Shown: positions 1 to 13,200 of the stretch, piece after piece
Layout of the letters: every line of letters begins with the position of its first letter
Position numbering within the stretch: the stretch's first letter is position 1
Source: Rhynchobatus australiae
Lineage: Eukaryota
Direction: 5' to 3'
NCBI GenBank assembly: GCA_034780895.1
Contig: JAUZTB010000118.1
Span: 49,426,348 to 49,490,347, forward strand
Length of the DNA stretch: 64,000 bases
Translations under genes and position numbers: made by a program
The notes under the pieces: generated by a model
What the model was told of the DNA's origin: nothing
The model's input: the letters and a program-made list of their open reading frames with translations, nothing else
Databases searched by the model: none

Positions 1-69
1 GATATTGATGGACATTTTGTAAAAATTGGTTCCATGACCCAATGGTTTTCTGCACAAAATTTAAATGGT

Positions 70-545
70 TCATAGGCATGTAGGAAGAGGACCAGGCTAT
101 TTAATATTCTGAGTTTGTTCTGCCATTTAGTAAGGTTATGCCCAGTCTAACACACCTTTGCACAGTAACTTTTGAACCTTTGGTTGATTTAAAAAAAATC
201 AGTTTCAGAGTTAGTAATAACAATAGACCCAGAATCAACTATCCTATATGGAGAAGAGTTCAAAACATCTTCTATCCTCTGCATCAGGAAATGTTTTGAA
301 ACTTCACTCCTGAAAGATTTGGATCTAATTGTTAGACTGTACCATAGTTCCTCTCTATTTACATAGTTCTCCTTAGTACCTTGAATACTTCCATCAAACC
401 AACCCTATAACCTTCTGAATTCCAGGATAAGTAATCCTACTTTCTGTAACTTTTCCTTTAAGTTTACTCTGAGTCCAGTTATCATTTTTGGTAAATCTAT
501 AGCATACTCCTCTCCAGGCATGCTACCTTTTCCAAAGTGAAGTGC
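70..545 (-). mobile_element. Degenerate CR1-type LINE 3' fragment
   Basis: Resembles the other CR1 3' ends in the window (e.g. 45100-45370); heavily diverged. Confidence 0.5.
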
Positions 546-914
546 NNNNNNNNNNNNNNNNNNNNNNNNNNNNNNNNNNNNNNNNNNNNNNNNNNNNNNN
601 NNNNNNNNNNNNNNNNNNNNNNNNNNNNNNNNNNNNNNNNNNNNNAATAACATGCTGAGAGTCAGGGAGCAAGGTGGAGGACAGAGAGAAGGATGCATTG
701 ATAATAAGCAAAAGAAGTGCTGTGCATCAGCTCTGAATTTGCCAGGAAATCAATGATTGTCCAGAAATTCTACAGGGCCAGGACTGGCACAATAGACATT
801 TTGAATTTCTCGGCCTGCAAGTTTGATACACACCTTTAAAAGGTAACCTAGCAGCCAACCTAGCAATCTACTGTGATCTGCACTTTGTAATAAGAGGAAC
901 TCACTATTAAAACA

Positions 915-1450
915 AAATCAACCTGCAGCTGCTGGAAATCTGAAATGCAAACAAAACATTGGTGGAAATAAATAGTTAATGCTCGAGGTTCAAGACTGCT
1001 AGAACTGGGAAAAAAAGAACATTGGTTTGACTTGCAGAGGTGTGGGAGGGAGAGTTAGAAATGAAGGGTGTCCCACCCTATCAGAGAGATTAAATATGTA
1101 AACGTGGTGGTTAGAAGCAAATTATACCTCTTAACTCTCACCAATAATAGAGCAGCGAGACATGCCCTGCAGGTCAGACTATACTAGTGGAGGGGAAAAT
1201 TGAGCCTAACTCAATCACAGAAAAATGACACACACAAATGGCTAGTCCTGATCCTACAAAGGACAATTTATCTGAAGTTGAATTCAGTATCTGGAGAGCT
1301 GCAACATACCCCAGCGGAAGATTAAAAGTTTTCTCCAAGTTTCCATTGACCATCATAATACTGCAGGAGGCTACAATGGAAGTGTGATGGAGAATTAAAG
1401 TGGCAGGCAATCAGCTCAGGGTCATTCCTGTGGACAACACAGGCGTGTTC
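915..1450 (-). mobile_element. Degenerate Penelope-like element fragment
   Basis: ctgcagctgctggaaatctgaaa terminus plus a decayed endonuclease C-terminal region, similar to 31970-32500. Confidence 0.5.
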
Positions 1451-1575
1451 TCTCCTAATTTATTACTAAAACATGCTGCAGATTGTTACAGTTTCAACCT
1501 AATAAATAACATGTTCTTTTTAATAACATTCCTTCATTACCAATCAGCCTTTGATCCAGGAAGTTAAATTTTCAC

Positions 1576-1975
1576 TATAGTGGAGCAGTTAGCATCACGT
1601 TANNNNNNNNNNNNNNNNNNNNNNNNNNNNNNNNNNNNNNNNNNNNNNNNNNNNNNNNNNNNNNNNNNNNNNNNNNNNNNNNNNNNNNNNNNNNNNNNNN
1701 NNATAGTGGAGCAGTTAGCATAACGTTATAACAGCACCAGCGACGTGGATTCAATTCCGGCCGCTGTCTGTAAGGAGTTTGTACTTTCTCCCTGTGTCTG
1801 CATGGGTTTCCTCTGGTTTCCTCCCACATTCCAAAGACGTACAGGTTAGGAGCCATGGGCATACTATTTTGGCATCGGAAGAGTGGTGACACTTGCAGGC
1901 TGCCCCCAGCACATTCTCAGTAACACAAAAAGACACATTTCACTGTGTGTTTCGATGTACATGTGACTAATACCT
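1576..1975 (+). mobile_element. tRNA-derived V-SINE (HE1-like), split by a gap
   Basis: A/B-box-like head (gcagttagc...ggattcaattcc) and V-domain (ggagtttgtactttctccctgtgtctgcatgggtttcctc...cctcccacattccaaagacg); reverse complement of the copy at 43660-43943. Confidence 0.85.
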
Positions 1976-2754
1976 TATATCTTAAGTTTGAAAGTCTTTT
2001 CCTATTTCTAAATTGTCACATTATGCTCTCAGTTGTTCCTGATTCTCTCTAAACTTGCATCTGATGAAGTGATAAGGAAATTGTTCCCATCTTCCACCCC
2101 CTCTCCCACCCCAAAGGTCCCAGACTCCTGAACACGAAATCTCACCTGTTAGCAGCACAACTTGCAACAGGTTTTGAGTTGAAGGCACCAGAACAAATAT
2201 TCAAAACCTAAAGGAGCCTTGCTCCAGACATTTCAGAGTGCTGGATATAACCAGGTAGTCAGTACCAATGCAATACTTTTTCCCAATTAATGTCTGTTCC
2301 TTGGTGTCCTGTCTATAACAATAATGCAGATCTGAAATCACAACATGGGTGTGAAACCTATATCCTTATTCACAAAAACAAGATGCTACAGTAACAATTC
2401 TTGGTGTGGGTTCTTTGATGATCTCTGCTAATCTAGTTAATCTTTATCTGACATGATATCAGTGGCCACTCAGCCCATCAAGCCCACGCCAGCTTCAAGT
2501 AGTTACTTCATCTCCCACCCTCACGTCTTATTCCTCTGTAGTGCTGCGACCTGTTCTCTTGCACATTCTTTCACAAAAGACAATACGTCTCAATCAGAAG
2601 GCATACTGTTGGACAGAAAATAATTGGTGAAATGCTTGCACTTCTTTTGAAACTCCAAGCTTGGGAGCATCCTTGAGTTTAGGGCGATCTCACGTTTATA
2701 AGACTACTTGTCCAGATCTACAGCAAGTACTTCTTTTACACAGAAAAAGCCAAA

Positions 2755-3045
2755 AAGACAGATACAACAAAGCTGAATTAGAAAATGCTGCAAATGCTCA
2801 ACATGTCAGGCATCTGTAGAGAGAGAAAGAAAGATACAATTCAGATTGATGTTTTTTTAAAATCTGAACTGGAACGACTTAGCAAAACATTCCTTTTCTC
2901 AACTGTTATCCACACCATCCTTTTGTTCTTCCTTCTCTGCTAAACATACCCATTTTCTAAAATGTCCCAGTCCTGATGTAAGGTTGACAGTTTTCCTTCA
3001 CAGATGCTGTTCAACCTGCTGAATATTACTGGTTTTTGTCTTTTG
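2755..3045. mobile_element. Pair of decayed Penelope-like termini in inverted orientation
   Basis: aatgctgcaaatgctcaacatgtcagggcatctgtaga (left) versus cagatgctgttcaacctgctgaatatt (right); ccagtcctgatg near 2967. Confidence 0.5.
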
Positions 3046-4314
3046 CATGCTTTAAACATTTCTTTTTCCATACTCCATCTCACATGGCTTTCCTTCCAAG
3101 CTCAGCCAGTAGNNNNNNNNNNNNNAAGTAATCTTTGTATCTATGTTCAAGCCTATAATTTTAAGACTGAAGGTGTCTGTGCCAACATGGGTAGTAGCCT
3201 CACAGGATGACAGAGTAAATATTCCAGGTAAAGGCTTTCAGAAGCATTGTTAGAAGTTTTGACATTTGATAAGCCCTTTGCAATTATAGGTAATTATTTC
3301 TGTAAATAATAATCTCTGATTCAATGGTTTGGAGGTTGCAAGGAATGGTTTTCATTGCCATGAAGTTACAATCAGGTGCACAAGGCTAACTACAAAAGCT
3401 CCAAAGAGGCAGTGTGAGCAAGTGAGTGGAAATCTAAAATGGGTTTAAAGGATATCTTTTATTTTCAGACAAAAGCAGCTGCAGCTCAATATAGTGAAAA
3501 ACAAATTATTCTCAGATATACTCGTGTCCAGCTGGTAGCCTGGATTGATCCTGCACCCCATGTCTATGGGGAACTGTGAACCAATTAACTTGCTGCTAAA
3601 CACACCCATTTTACGTGGTGGCAGATTGTTCCTCAATAGTTCTAAATGCGACAAATACACCAGATGTGAATCTTTTCCAGAAGTAGGGTGGGGAATGCTT
3701 ATTCATACCATCGAGATCAGAAATGCACTGTTGACCCCTGTGGATGAACAATCCATTGACATAAAGAATCTAAAATGGTGAATCAAATCTTACTTTAGAA
3801 GCCATGAGACAAAACATCTACAAAAGGTGTCAGTGCCTGATAGAATGGCCTTTACATTGTTAGAATGTGGCTTTAAAGTCTTATTTCAGATGCAAATACT
3901 CTTTCATTCATTGGATAGAATAGATTTCTTCCTGCAACTAGAGAGAAACAGCAGTGGCCATACAATCCAGGAATGCACTAACATGTTATTTAAGATAAAT
4001 CACAAAGTCCCACTGAAAGGCCAGAGTTGCAGAGACACTATTTGCAGATCTAGTTTGTTTAAAAAATACTGTTAGGTCTGTAAAATCCTTTGATATCTAT
4101 TGTTCTGCATGCACAGACAGACATCCATCTCATCAAGAACAATATTCCACAACTAATAGGGTTTGACTAAGATACAGAAGCCACTAGAACACGCTCCACT
4201 CAGGCTCTCAACCAAATTAGTAGCTTACAAGCAGCCTCAACTTGTTTACAGGTATGACGGGCAGTCTTCCTGTGAGATGCACAACTAAGAAGAGTAGGCA
4301 AGGCAGCTACTGAG

Positions 4315-4625
4315 AGTCCATTTCCTCTGATTGGAAGATCTAGAGGTAGGGAGCAGAGTCTTAGGATGGAGGGATCAGTCATTAGAAATGAACTGAGAAG
4401 TTTCTTCAGAAGGATGCAAATCTTGTGAATTCTGTATCTCAGCAGATTGTGGATGCTCTGCTGTTGAGTATTTCAAGGCTCAGGTCAAGAGTTTAAGACA
4501 CTTGGGGCATTAAAGGCATATTAGGCATCAGGTAGGAAGGTAGAGTTCACGTAGGAGAAACTGATATTGTTGAATGGCAGAGGACCATATTGTCTACTGT
4601 TACTTCCATCTCTCAGGTTCTTGAC
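4315..4625 (+). mobile_element. CR1 LINE 3' fragment
   Basis: tttcctctgattggaagatctagaggtaggg...attagaaatgaactgagaag, a typical CR1 ORF2 C-terminus/3' UTR. Confidence 0.65.
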
Positions 4626-4939
4626 ATTGTTTAGTATTGGACTATCATCCACATTTAGCAAATCCTGAATTGCATGGAATTTTTAAGGGATTTCTTAATT
4701 CACTATACCATGGGTGCTGTTTAATGAATAAGTGTTGAATAAGTATTAAAAACTGCACATTAAGAAATTTCAATTTTAATTTAATATCCTCTGATACAGA
4801 GTAAAATGCATGTGGCTATTTTAAGGAAAAAAAGTCACAATCTAACATAGCTACAGAGATGACTGGCACATAGCCCAAACAAATAGATACCTCAGAGGAA
4901 ACATTACCATTCAACGACAGAAAGTATATACACAATTGT

Positions 4940-7105
4940 CAGTTATTTGGAAAAGAGGATTTATTTTGTACTCTAAATACAAAAAAGTGATGGAAAAGAT
5001 AATGCAAAAAATTGTTTTGGGAGTGTGACACTTGTTCTAATTAAATATAGTGGGAGACTCAACATTGTAACATGTTTTGCTCAAGATTCAAGCTGAAATG
5101 TTGATAAGTTTACTTCATGTACATGCCTTTTTAAAAAAAGATTTAAGACTGGTGTCCCACATTTGAGCAGTACAATAGACCAATTCATTTCCATCCTGAT
5201 TTGATTACAAAGAAACATATTTGGTTTAAACCATTAATGTTCTGATACCATACATTTCCCTTCAAAGCACACAATGAAACCAACCCTCTTTCCTAAGCCA
5301 GTCCTACTAAAAAAAAGGCAACTGTTTTCATTGCATTGCCTTTTAACATCTGGATGTTCAGAGTATATTCAAATAAAGAATGCATTGGATGGAATCAAAA
5401 GGACTGAGTCGCATTCAAATTTAGTAAAATAGCTTTTAAAAATTTAAAGGAGTTGTACCACATAATTTAGCCGTAACAACTAAGATGAACCAAACAACTA
5501 CATTAAATTAAAGGGGACTCAAGGTACCAAGTTAAACCTCTGAGGATTGGTAGAGATTTTTCTTCTCCTAGAAAGAACACGTAGGTTTTTACCATGTACA
5601 CAACAAAAATCAAATTGTAATGGCAACTGAAAACATACACTGAACATTACATACATGAAATTAAGTAGTTTTCTTTTCCCCTATTTCTTATTTTAAAAAA
5701 AGTCTGTTTCTTCTGATATGAATTGCACATTAAAAGTATACTAACAAGGTAACATTTCAAGTAATGGACACAATGACTTATTTGAACCTCGTTATCATTG
5801 GAAAGTACACTTGTTCTGCTGGAAGCGGCTTCTGAATCTTCGGTAATAAAAAAAGTACTAAAAATTCATCCCCTCTTTGGACTGAAAATAACAGTTAAAG
5901 TCTCCTCAAAAAAGACTCATTTGAAGCAATGTATTATTAAAGAAAAACCTATCCAAAAGGATGGACAGAAATGCTTGGACACCTTACCAGAATGGTAAAG
6001 ACAGCAAAGACAGACTTGGCAGTGAAGGGTGCATTTCAAATAAATAATTAATCCCAAATCAAGAACTTTCTACAACAAACTTACAGAAAATTGGCAACAG
6101 AATATTTCAGACAATCCCACATAGAGTCTTCTTATTTAAAAAATTTAAATACATCTGAAATGCCAAAAGCTTTAAACTAGTGATCAACCAGTCTAATCGG
6201 TAAGAGCTCTCTTCTGTACATCATCAGTTGGTTGTGTGAGCCTGCATGACTGTGGGATTGAGTAACAAGAGGGTGCACATGGGTTTATACCAGAGAAACA
6301 AATGTGAACAAAACAGAAGATGCAGTTTTACTTGTGGGTGACAAAAGTGTGCAAGAACAAAGATGCAGTGGACATTAGAAAGTTGAGGAAAATTACACCC
6401 ACCAAAAAAACTCATTCCCAATTAAAGTCTGAATCAATCCAGAAAAGAGAAAATCTGTGTCAGATTATGCAGATAATATTCATCCTGATTGATCACTAAT
6501 TAAAAGAAAGCCGGTAACATTTCAAAGAACAGTGCACAATAATAGATTTTAAAGCACTACAGTTTTCAATTACTAAGGCTACATTTTGTGTAGTCACATA
6601 TAGTGTCCCTACTATCGCAGCTAGTTTACAAAAGAAAATTAAAAGTGTAGATAAATTCACCAGACAACTGGTGAATGACTCCTACTGCATTCACAAGCCA
6701 TGGTCATAAATGTGAACCGAGTGCTCAATGTCTGGTAGTGTTGTTCCAAAGATCCAAGAATATTTTTCAGTTTATTTCAATAAATAGATCAGTTGTGTAC
6801 TAAGGCAGTGTTGCACATGCATCATTTGCCATGTGAACTTGGACACCACACAGATACATAAAGAGCAAGTATCCAGGGATGGAAGGTAAAGACGACGATG
6901 GACCTCAGTCCAACATTCCTAGCGCTGTCCTCAGGCTGATCAGGATCTGTCGAATCTCTCTGCATTTACTCACCCCTGCAACACATCTGGCTGAAAAAAA
7001 AGCTGCAGTAAGTCGCTCTATAGGGCTAGTCGCATGGGCTCCATCACTGAAAGTTCAAGTCTCCAGCTTGTGACTGCGGGTTTCATTTTCCACCCCCCCC
7101 CCCCC
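4940..7105 (-). other. MLLT3: Probable MLLT3 3' UTR
   Basis: Apparently repeat-free, U-rich (on the minus strand) stretch after the stop codon, ending at a candidate poly(A) signal; the 3' end is inferred. Confidence 0.6.
4960..4965 (-). terminator. Candidate polyadenylation signal AATAAA
   Basis: TTTATT on +; TGTA about 15 nt upstream and a GT/T-rich tract (ttgtgtatatactttctgtcgtt) about 25-45 nt downstream on the minus strand. A second AATAAA lies at 6771-6776. Confidence 0.5.
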
Positions 7106-7237
7106 TCAGGAAGCTCCCGAAGTCTCCAGGTAACTCTGCAGTTTGCGAACTGTGGTTTTATCCAGTGAGCAAAGGTCAAAATCAAACGTTGTGTTTGTGA
7201 TGTGAAAATGTCCAGTCTCTTCTATTAGATTAACAAT
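7106..7237 (-). CDS. MLLT3: MLLT3 exon 11, last coding exon (AHD) with stop codon
   Basis: tgttttcag|ATT GTT AAT...GCT TCC TGA; [43 protein letters not shown]. Confidence 0.97.
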   Translation of the reverse strand: MVNLIEETGHFHITNTTFDFDLCSLDKTTVRKLQSYLETSGAS

Positions 7238-10200
7238 CTGAAAACAAATAAGCAACTAATTAGTTGAATTCCAAGCCCATCTATTACTTTCACACATTAT
7301 GGCACTTAACTGAATTTCATTTGTGGAATGTTTAGTCCCAGTGATACATCATCATGTCAATATAACAATAACTATAGCTACAATAATGGCATATTTGGTG
7401 GAAATTGTGCTAATTTTGCCAGTGGGTAAAGTTGAATTCTAAAATNNNNNNNNNNNNNNNNNNNNAACACCATCTAGGAAATCAAGTTGTTGAGGCCAGC
7501 TTCAGTCATAAACCAGGAACCTGCCTCAAACAAGGTCACCAAGTAATGTGGGCCCCAACCTTATGAAACCCATTCATCTGTGGACCCAACACAACTTATC
7601 AACTACTGTTCCTGATACCAGACTTTGATTCCGCACTCCCAATGATCAATTACACCACCTGACCAATTTCTTTCCTTTATCTCCCTACCAACCCTCATAC
7701 TGACCCCTGCCCACCCCCACTGATTTAATAGCCCTGACCCCACTTTAGATTCCTAACCCAAAGCAGAGATTTTTTTCTCTCACTACACTGAATCCAGACA
7801 TACCCATTTTGCCTTGCATGTTCCAAAAGCTGACACACCAGAACCAATGTGGTTCTGCACCATGTCTCTGGCATTATTAGCTGCCAAAGTAGAGTTGGGC
7901 TGAAGGGCCTGTTTCCATGCTGTATGACTATGACTCTGAGTCTACATTATCTTCCATTCAAAAAGACAAAATAGCCCTACTAAATCAACTTCAGTTAGCA
8001 GCATTAAACTGGATGGTATATACAATGTATCGCTATCTTTTGGTGTGCAACAAATGATCCAGAGGAAGTTTCTAAAATTGGTAAGGTGGATTTCTATGGG
8101 CCAACAGAATCATCTAGTGGGAAAATGTATCAAGGGTTTTGGGGGCTCAAAAAGTACCAGGTTCCGTTCCAACAAGGGGAGAATTGGTGGTACCCTGCAA
8201 GTGTCTTCAGGGTCCTGGGCAAGAGTTGGAAAACCTGCACAAATGGACAATGGAAATATATAATGGAAAAAATATTTTGAAGGACAGGTTGTCCTGGCCA
8301 ATATTTACCCTTCACACATCACAAAATTTTATTGGGCTTAATCAACTTTCCACCAAAGCAGCAACCAGAAAAGGCCAAGAATAATATGGTTTATACTGGC
8401 ATAACTTATGAAATAAAGACAAAACTCGCTGTTGGCAGAATAAAATGCCTGCTAAAAATTCAGCATGAAAATGAGATATATTATTAAAACAAAGTGCCTC
8501 CACAAATGTGGCCACCAGAGATGCAATAGGAAAAAATAAAACAGATAGTTTAAAAGGAGAATGACAGTATAAAGAGACTGGCAAAAACAAGTAAAGGAAA
8601 GCAAGACTTTTAGATAGAGGTTCCTTGCAATTAAACTCACATGTGCAACTTGAGTACCAATAGCATATAAATTATGGAATACAGAGTGGACAGCCAGCGC
8701 CTCTTTCCCAGGGCACCAATGCTCAAAACAAGAAGAGGACATGGATTTAAGTTAATGGGTGGGAAGTTCAAGGGAGATGTCAGAAGAAGGTTTTTCCACC
8801 CAGAGTGGTTGGTGCATGGGATGCACTGCCTGGAGTGGTGGTTGAGGCTGATATGTTGGTCAAGTTCAAGAGATTGTTAGATAAGCAATATGGAGGAAGT
8901 TAAGATGAAGGATATGTGGGAGGAAGGGGTTAGATAGTCTTAGGTGTGGTTTGAAGGGCGGCACAACATGGTGGGCCAGAGGGCCTGTATTGTGTTGTAT
9001 TGTTCTAACAGTGCTTAAATGTGGCATAAAACGAGGTGTATTTTAATCAAAAACTAGACCTTGTAATGTTCTTACCTGTTGTAGTATATGCCGTTCACGA
9101 AGTGTCATAAGCCTTCTATGAAGTTCCACCAACTCATCCAGATATGCCTAAAGACAGTCAAATAGAGAATTATTTTTACTTTACTTTTAAGCTTTAGAGT
9201 TAAATGCTGAACAAGTGTCCCAAATCCCAAACTAAATACATAATCCCAAACTAAATACAAAAAGATGCTCAGTATAGTTTGCCATGGTTTAACCTGAAAA
9301 CTGTAGGAAATAAACATATTGTAAAAGATATTTGGTATACAAAAGTGTTATAGATTCAGCTGCAACATTAATAAAGATCAGAAGATGATGAGCCTTGTAT
9401 ATGAAATCATCAAGATATCCCTTCTGGAAATTGTACACCATCAATATTGAAATAGAGCTATTCTATGCAAGTTGTACAAAGGAAACCATAACATCCTCAT
9501 CATATATTTACACATAATTATTGGATTCAAAACATCAAGTTTCTTAAACTGAGATTAGCAAGCTACAGATGGCAAGGATGCACTTAAATTTGGTCATTTT
9601 GGCCAAGACCCAGTTTAATCCTTACTAAATCAATGGATTAAATCAGGGCAAGAAACATCAGCAGTTGTAGTAAAGTTGATCTTCTAGACTTGTCCTTCAG
9701 CCCATCATGTCCATTGCAGCCATCAAGTATTTTTACTGATCTCGTTTCTCACCATTTGGCCTTTAGCCTGCCATGCCACAGCATTTCAAGTGCTTATCCA
9801 AATACTTTTTGAATGTTGTGAAACTACCTGGCTCCACCACCCTTTTTGGTAGGGAGTTCCAGGTTTCAAAGCACCCTTCAGGTGGGAAAAAATTCTTCCT
9901 CAAATCCTTGCCAAACCTCCTGCCCCTTACACTAAATCCATGCTCTCTGGTCATAGACACCTCTACTTTATCCACATCCCTCATAACTTCATACACCTCC
10001 ATCAGGTCCCCCTTCAGCCTCCTCTGCACTAAAGTAAATGAACTCTAATTCACCCATTTCATTTTTTGTGCTACATTTTCCTTGAAAAAAAAGACTAGGA
10101 ATTTATAAGTTTCAAAGTGATTAATAGAATGTTTGCCAAGTTTAAAAGACTTGTTCTTAATCTTCCTGTAAAATACAAGATTGGTGCAATATAGAACGTG

Positions 10201-13200
10201 TATAATATTTAATTGTAAAAACAATTCATGTGGGGGGAAAATCCAATTTACTTCAAATAATTCAGTCTGCATTGGCTTAAAACTTATTCAAATTCACCAA
10301 AAGCTTTACATGAGTTGTCAAAGATTTTTCTGATCCTCTTGATTCGATGCCAAAATTATAACCCAAAATGTTGTGTTTTCAGCTAATTAGTAAATAGCCA
10401 AAAATAACATGGGCAATCCAGTGAAATTGGATTTTATTGAATGTATATTAATTTGTTAATAAGAGTGGTACAGTAGCAACAAACAATTGGTGACTGGGAA
10501 TAGATAGCTTATAGCTACTTGCCAATTGTAGAGGATGGGAAATGGAGATATGCACAGAAGAAATCAGGCAGACTTATGGCTGATCAAGACCAAGGGCAAG
10601 GAAGGAATATTTGAAGTACTTGGAATTCAATGCAAAAAAAGGGAAATGAAGCAGATGAAACAGCACTCATAATAATTAGTAATATTCATTGTGATATATT
10701 ACACTTCACCCACTGTACCCTGCCATTATACTTATAGCTCTAGCAATTTCTTGCCTGGTTACCTTGTTTTTTCTTGTTTCAGTTGCAATTAAATGCCAAG
10801 TTGTTGCAATTAATACAGTTAATTAACCCTCAATAGCAGTAACAGTTGAAACTCAATGAGAATGCAACTGAAATCACCAAGCAGCACAGCGGATCAACCA
10901 CCATCCTTGGACTCCCTCAATGTTAATTTCAAATGAACACCTGCTACTTGCAACAAGGATTTAAAGTGGGTTTACTTAATTAATGGAAATACCACAACTG
11001 TGAATCAGTTTTCATGTTTTTATCCAACAATTTTGGTCCTTCAATAACTGGTGAGGGAAAACTAAAGTGTTAAGAATAGACCCATTCCTTAAGAAAGCAC
11101 AACTTTCTGCTGTCACAGACTCAACCTCAGCACTTGATTTGGGAATATGTACAAGGGTGTAAAAGATGTGTTTTGATTTACTAAAAATGTAAATCAAAAC
11201 TAGGCCGCCATTCTTTATGAATGTTCATTCATCTTTGAGTGGTCTCTAGACCACGCCGTCTTAAAAGCCTCTTTCAATAAAATCAAATAAATCATACTTT
11301 TTAAAAAAAACCTAGACTTTGGGCACACACCATTAAAGATATATTCACTAAATTTAATTCACCTATTAACTTATTGTAGATTTTGAAATGGATGCCTTGG
11401 TAGTTCAATCCTTAGAGGAATCACTGACCCAAAACTTTAACTGTTTCCCTACAAATGCTGCCTAACTCTGAGCAGTGATCAGATATCTGCTTTGAAATCA
11501 TCCAAGCTATTACTCTTCAAAATATCCTTGAAGTTAAAAATAACACAAATAGCATAAATCTATATACGAAGACCAAGTAATGTTATGGGTTAATTAAGCT
11601 GAATGTGTTTAGCCCTGTGGGATAAAAGGGATTAAGGGGAAAGTCCATAGAAATTGGTTTGCTACAGTAAGCCATATTAGGGTGCAAAACTGGCAAGATA
11701 TACTTCCATTCACATATTTAGTGTGCTGCCAGCTCCACAGGCCCAAATAAAACAATGTCAATTACTGTATACACAACTCCAAAAGCAAAAGTTCACCTTA
11801 AAATTCAAATACAAATATTTGATACTTCCGCGCATTTGGCTACTGCAGCTCAAATTTGTCACCCACTTTAGAGTAAGGTGCAGGACTTGAAATTAAAATT
11901 ACACGGGTCAAAGAAAATTCGAAAGAAGTTCCAATATATCTGAGGAACTCTCAAATGTGCAATTTAAAATATCAAGGACATGGATAGGCTGGATTTGACT
12001 GAGTGGGGAGGGAAATACAGCAATAAACAGAAAAGAATCGCGCACACACACCAACTCAAAATCTATTGGAGAACCCAAATGATTAGATAGCAATTCATTA
12101 CAGGTAAGCAGATTTAATTTCAGGATTACTACTATCATTTGCCAGATTCTATCGAAAATTGTAATAGCAGATTTTTATTTTTGGAGTGGATACCCAGTTC
12201 TTGTACTCAAACTCAACTGCCACCGCCACCAGTCAAGGGGGCTCTCCAGGTCCTATGCTTACACCATGAATCATTTTGGTCTATCTGTAGCTAGGTTTTG
12301 CTACTTTTGACTCATTAGTGATAGCTGAAGGAGCCATATCTCCAGAAAACTTGTTTGCTTCTCATCTGAAGACAGTGCCATCCAGAGCTGATTTAGAAGG
12401 TACTCTTGTTCCCATTAAAGGCTTTGAAATACAATTACTCTTCCAACTCTACACAGCAGATACCTCAAATGGCATGAGGCAGAGGTCTTGGGGTATTTGC
12501 TTGCTTTGGAGCCTGTGGTATTGAAACAAGTTCATTCATGTTCAATTTCCCCATGTCTTATGTGGGATAAATCACTCTAACCTAGAGCTTCTCATCTACA
12601 AGCCTTATGAGATCATGCTCAGCGAATGAAATTGCTTTGCATGGAAGAACCATTTCAATGTAATGTTACTGAAAGATGATTATGACAGGAACCTACTTTG
12701 CCAATACACCATTTCTGTGCTCTACCATTTCAGAAGTAATTGTAACAAGTACCAAACTATGTATTAATATAACAGGATGGACAGTGAGGCTTCAGAAAAG
12801 ATCACCATGGCTAAATTACCTCATTCTGAAACAGTGCAATGTTTAGGAGTTTCCTACAGTCCCAGGTGAACTGCTGTTGACACTGAAGGACAGGGGACTG
12901 GTTTGTTGGAATGAGCTGGATAAAAAGAACTTGACTCAATCAACTAAGTTTAACTTCCCAGAAGAATTCTGCCACACCTATTTTCCCCTACTGAACAAGT
13001 AAAACTTGAGAAAGGGGCAAATGTTTTGTCAATTTACTTTGAGTGNNNNNNNNNNNNNNNNNNNNNNNNNNNNNNNNNATGCTTTCATATTTGCTATGCC
13101 TAAGAACTCAGGACTACAATGTGTTGCTGTATGAAAGAACTTCAAGAATGCAAGAAATGCAGCTTACCTTGTCATATTCACCATTCTTTATTGCTTTCTC

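Noticed and set aside
1703-1770. tRNA-like A/B boxes
   Set aside because: Heads of tRNA-derived SINEs; no cloverleaf
7055-7108. Stop-codon read-through extension
   Set aside because: The context is TGA-G rather than TGA-CTA, and the next in-frame stop follows after 16 codons
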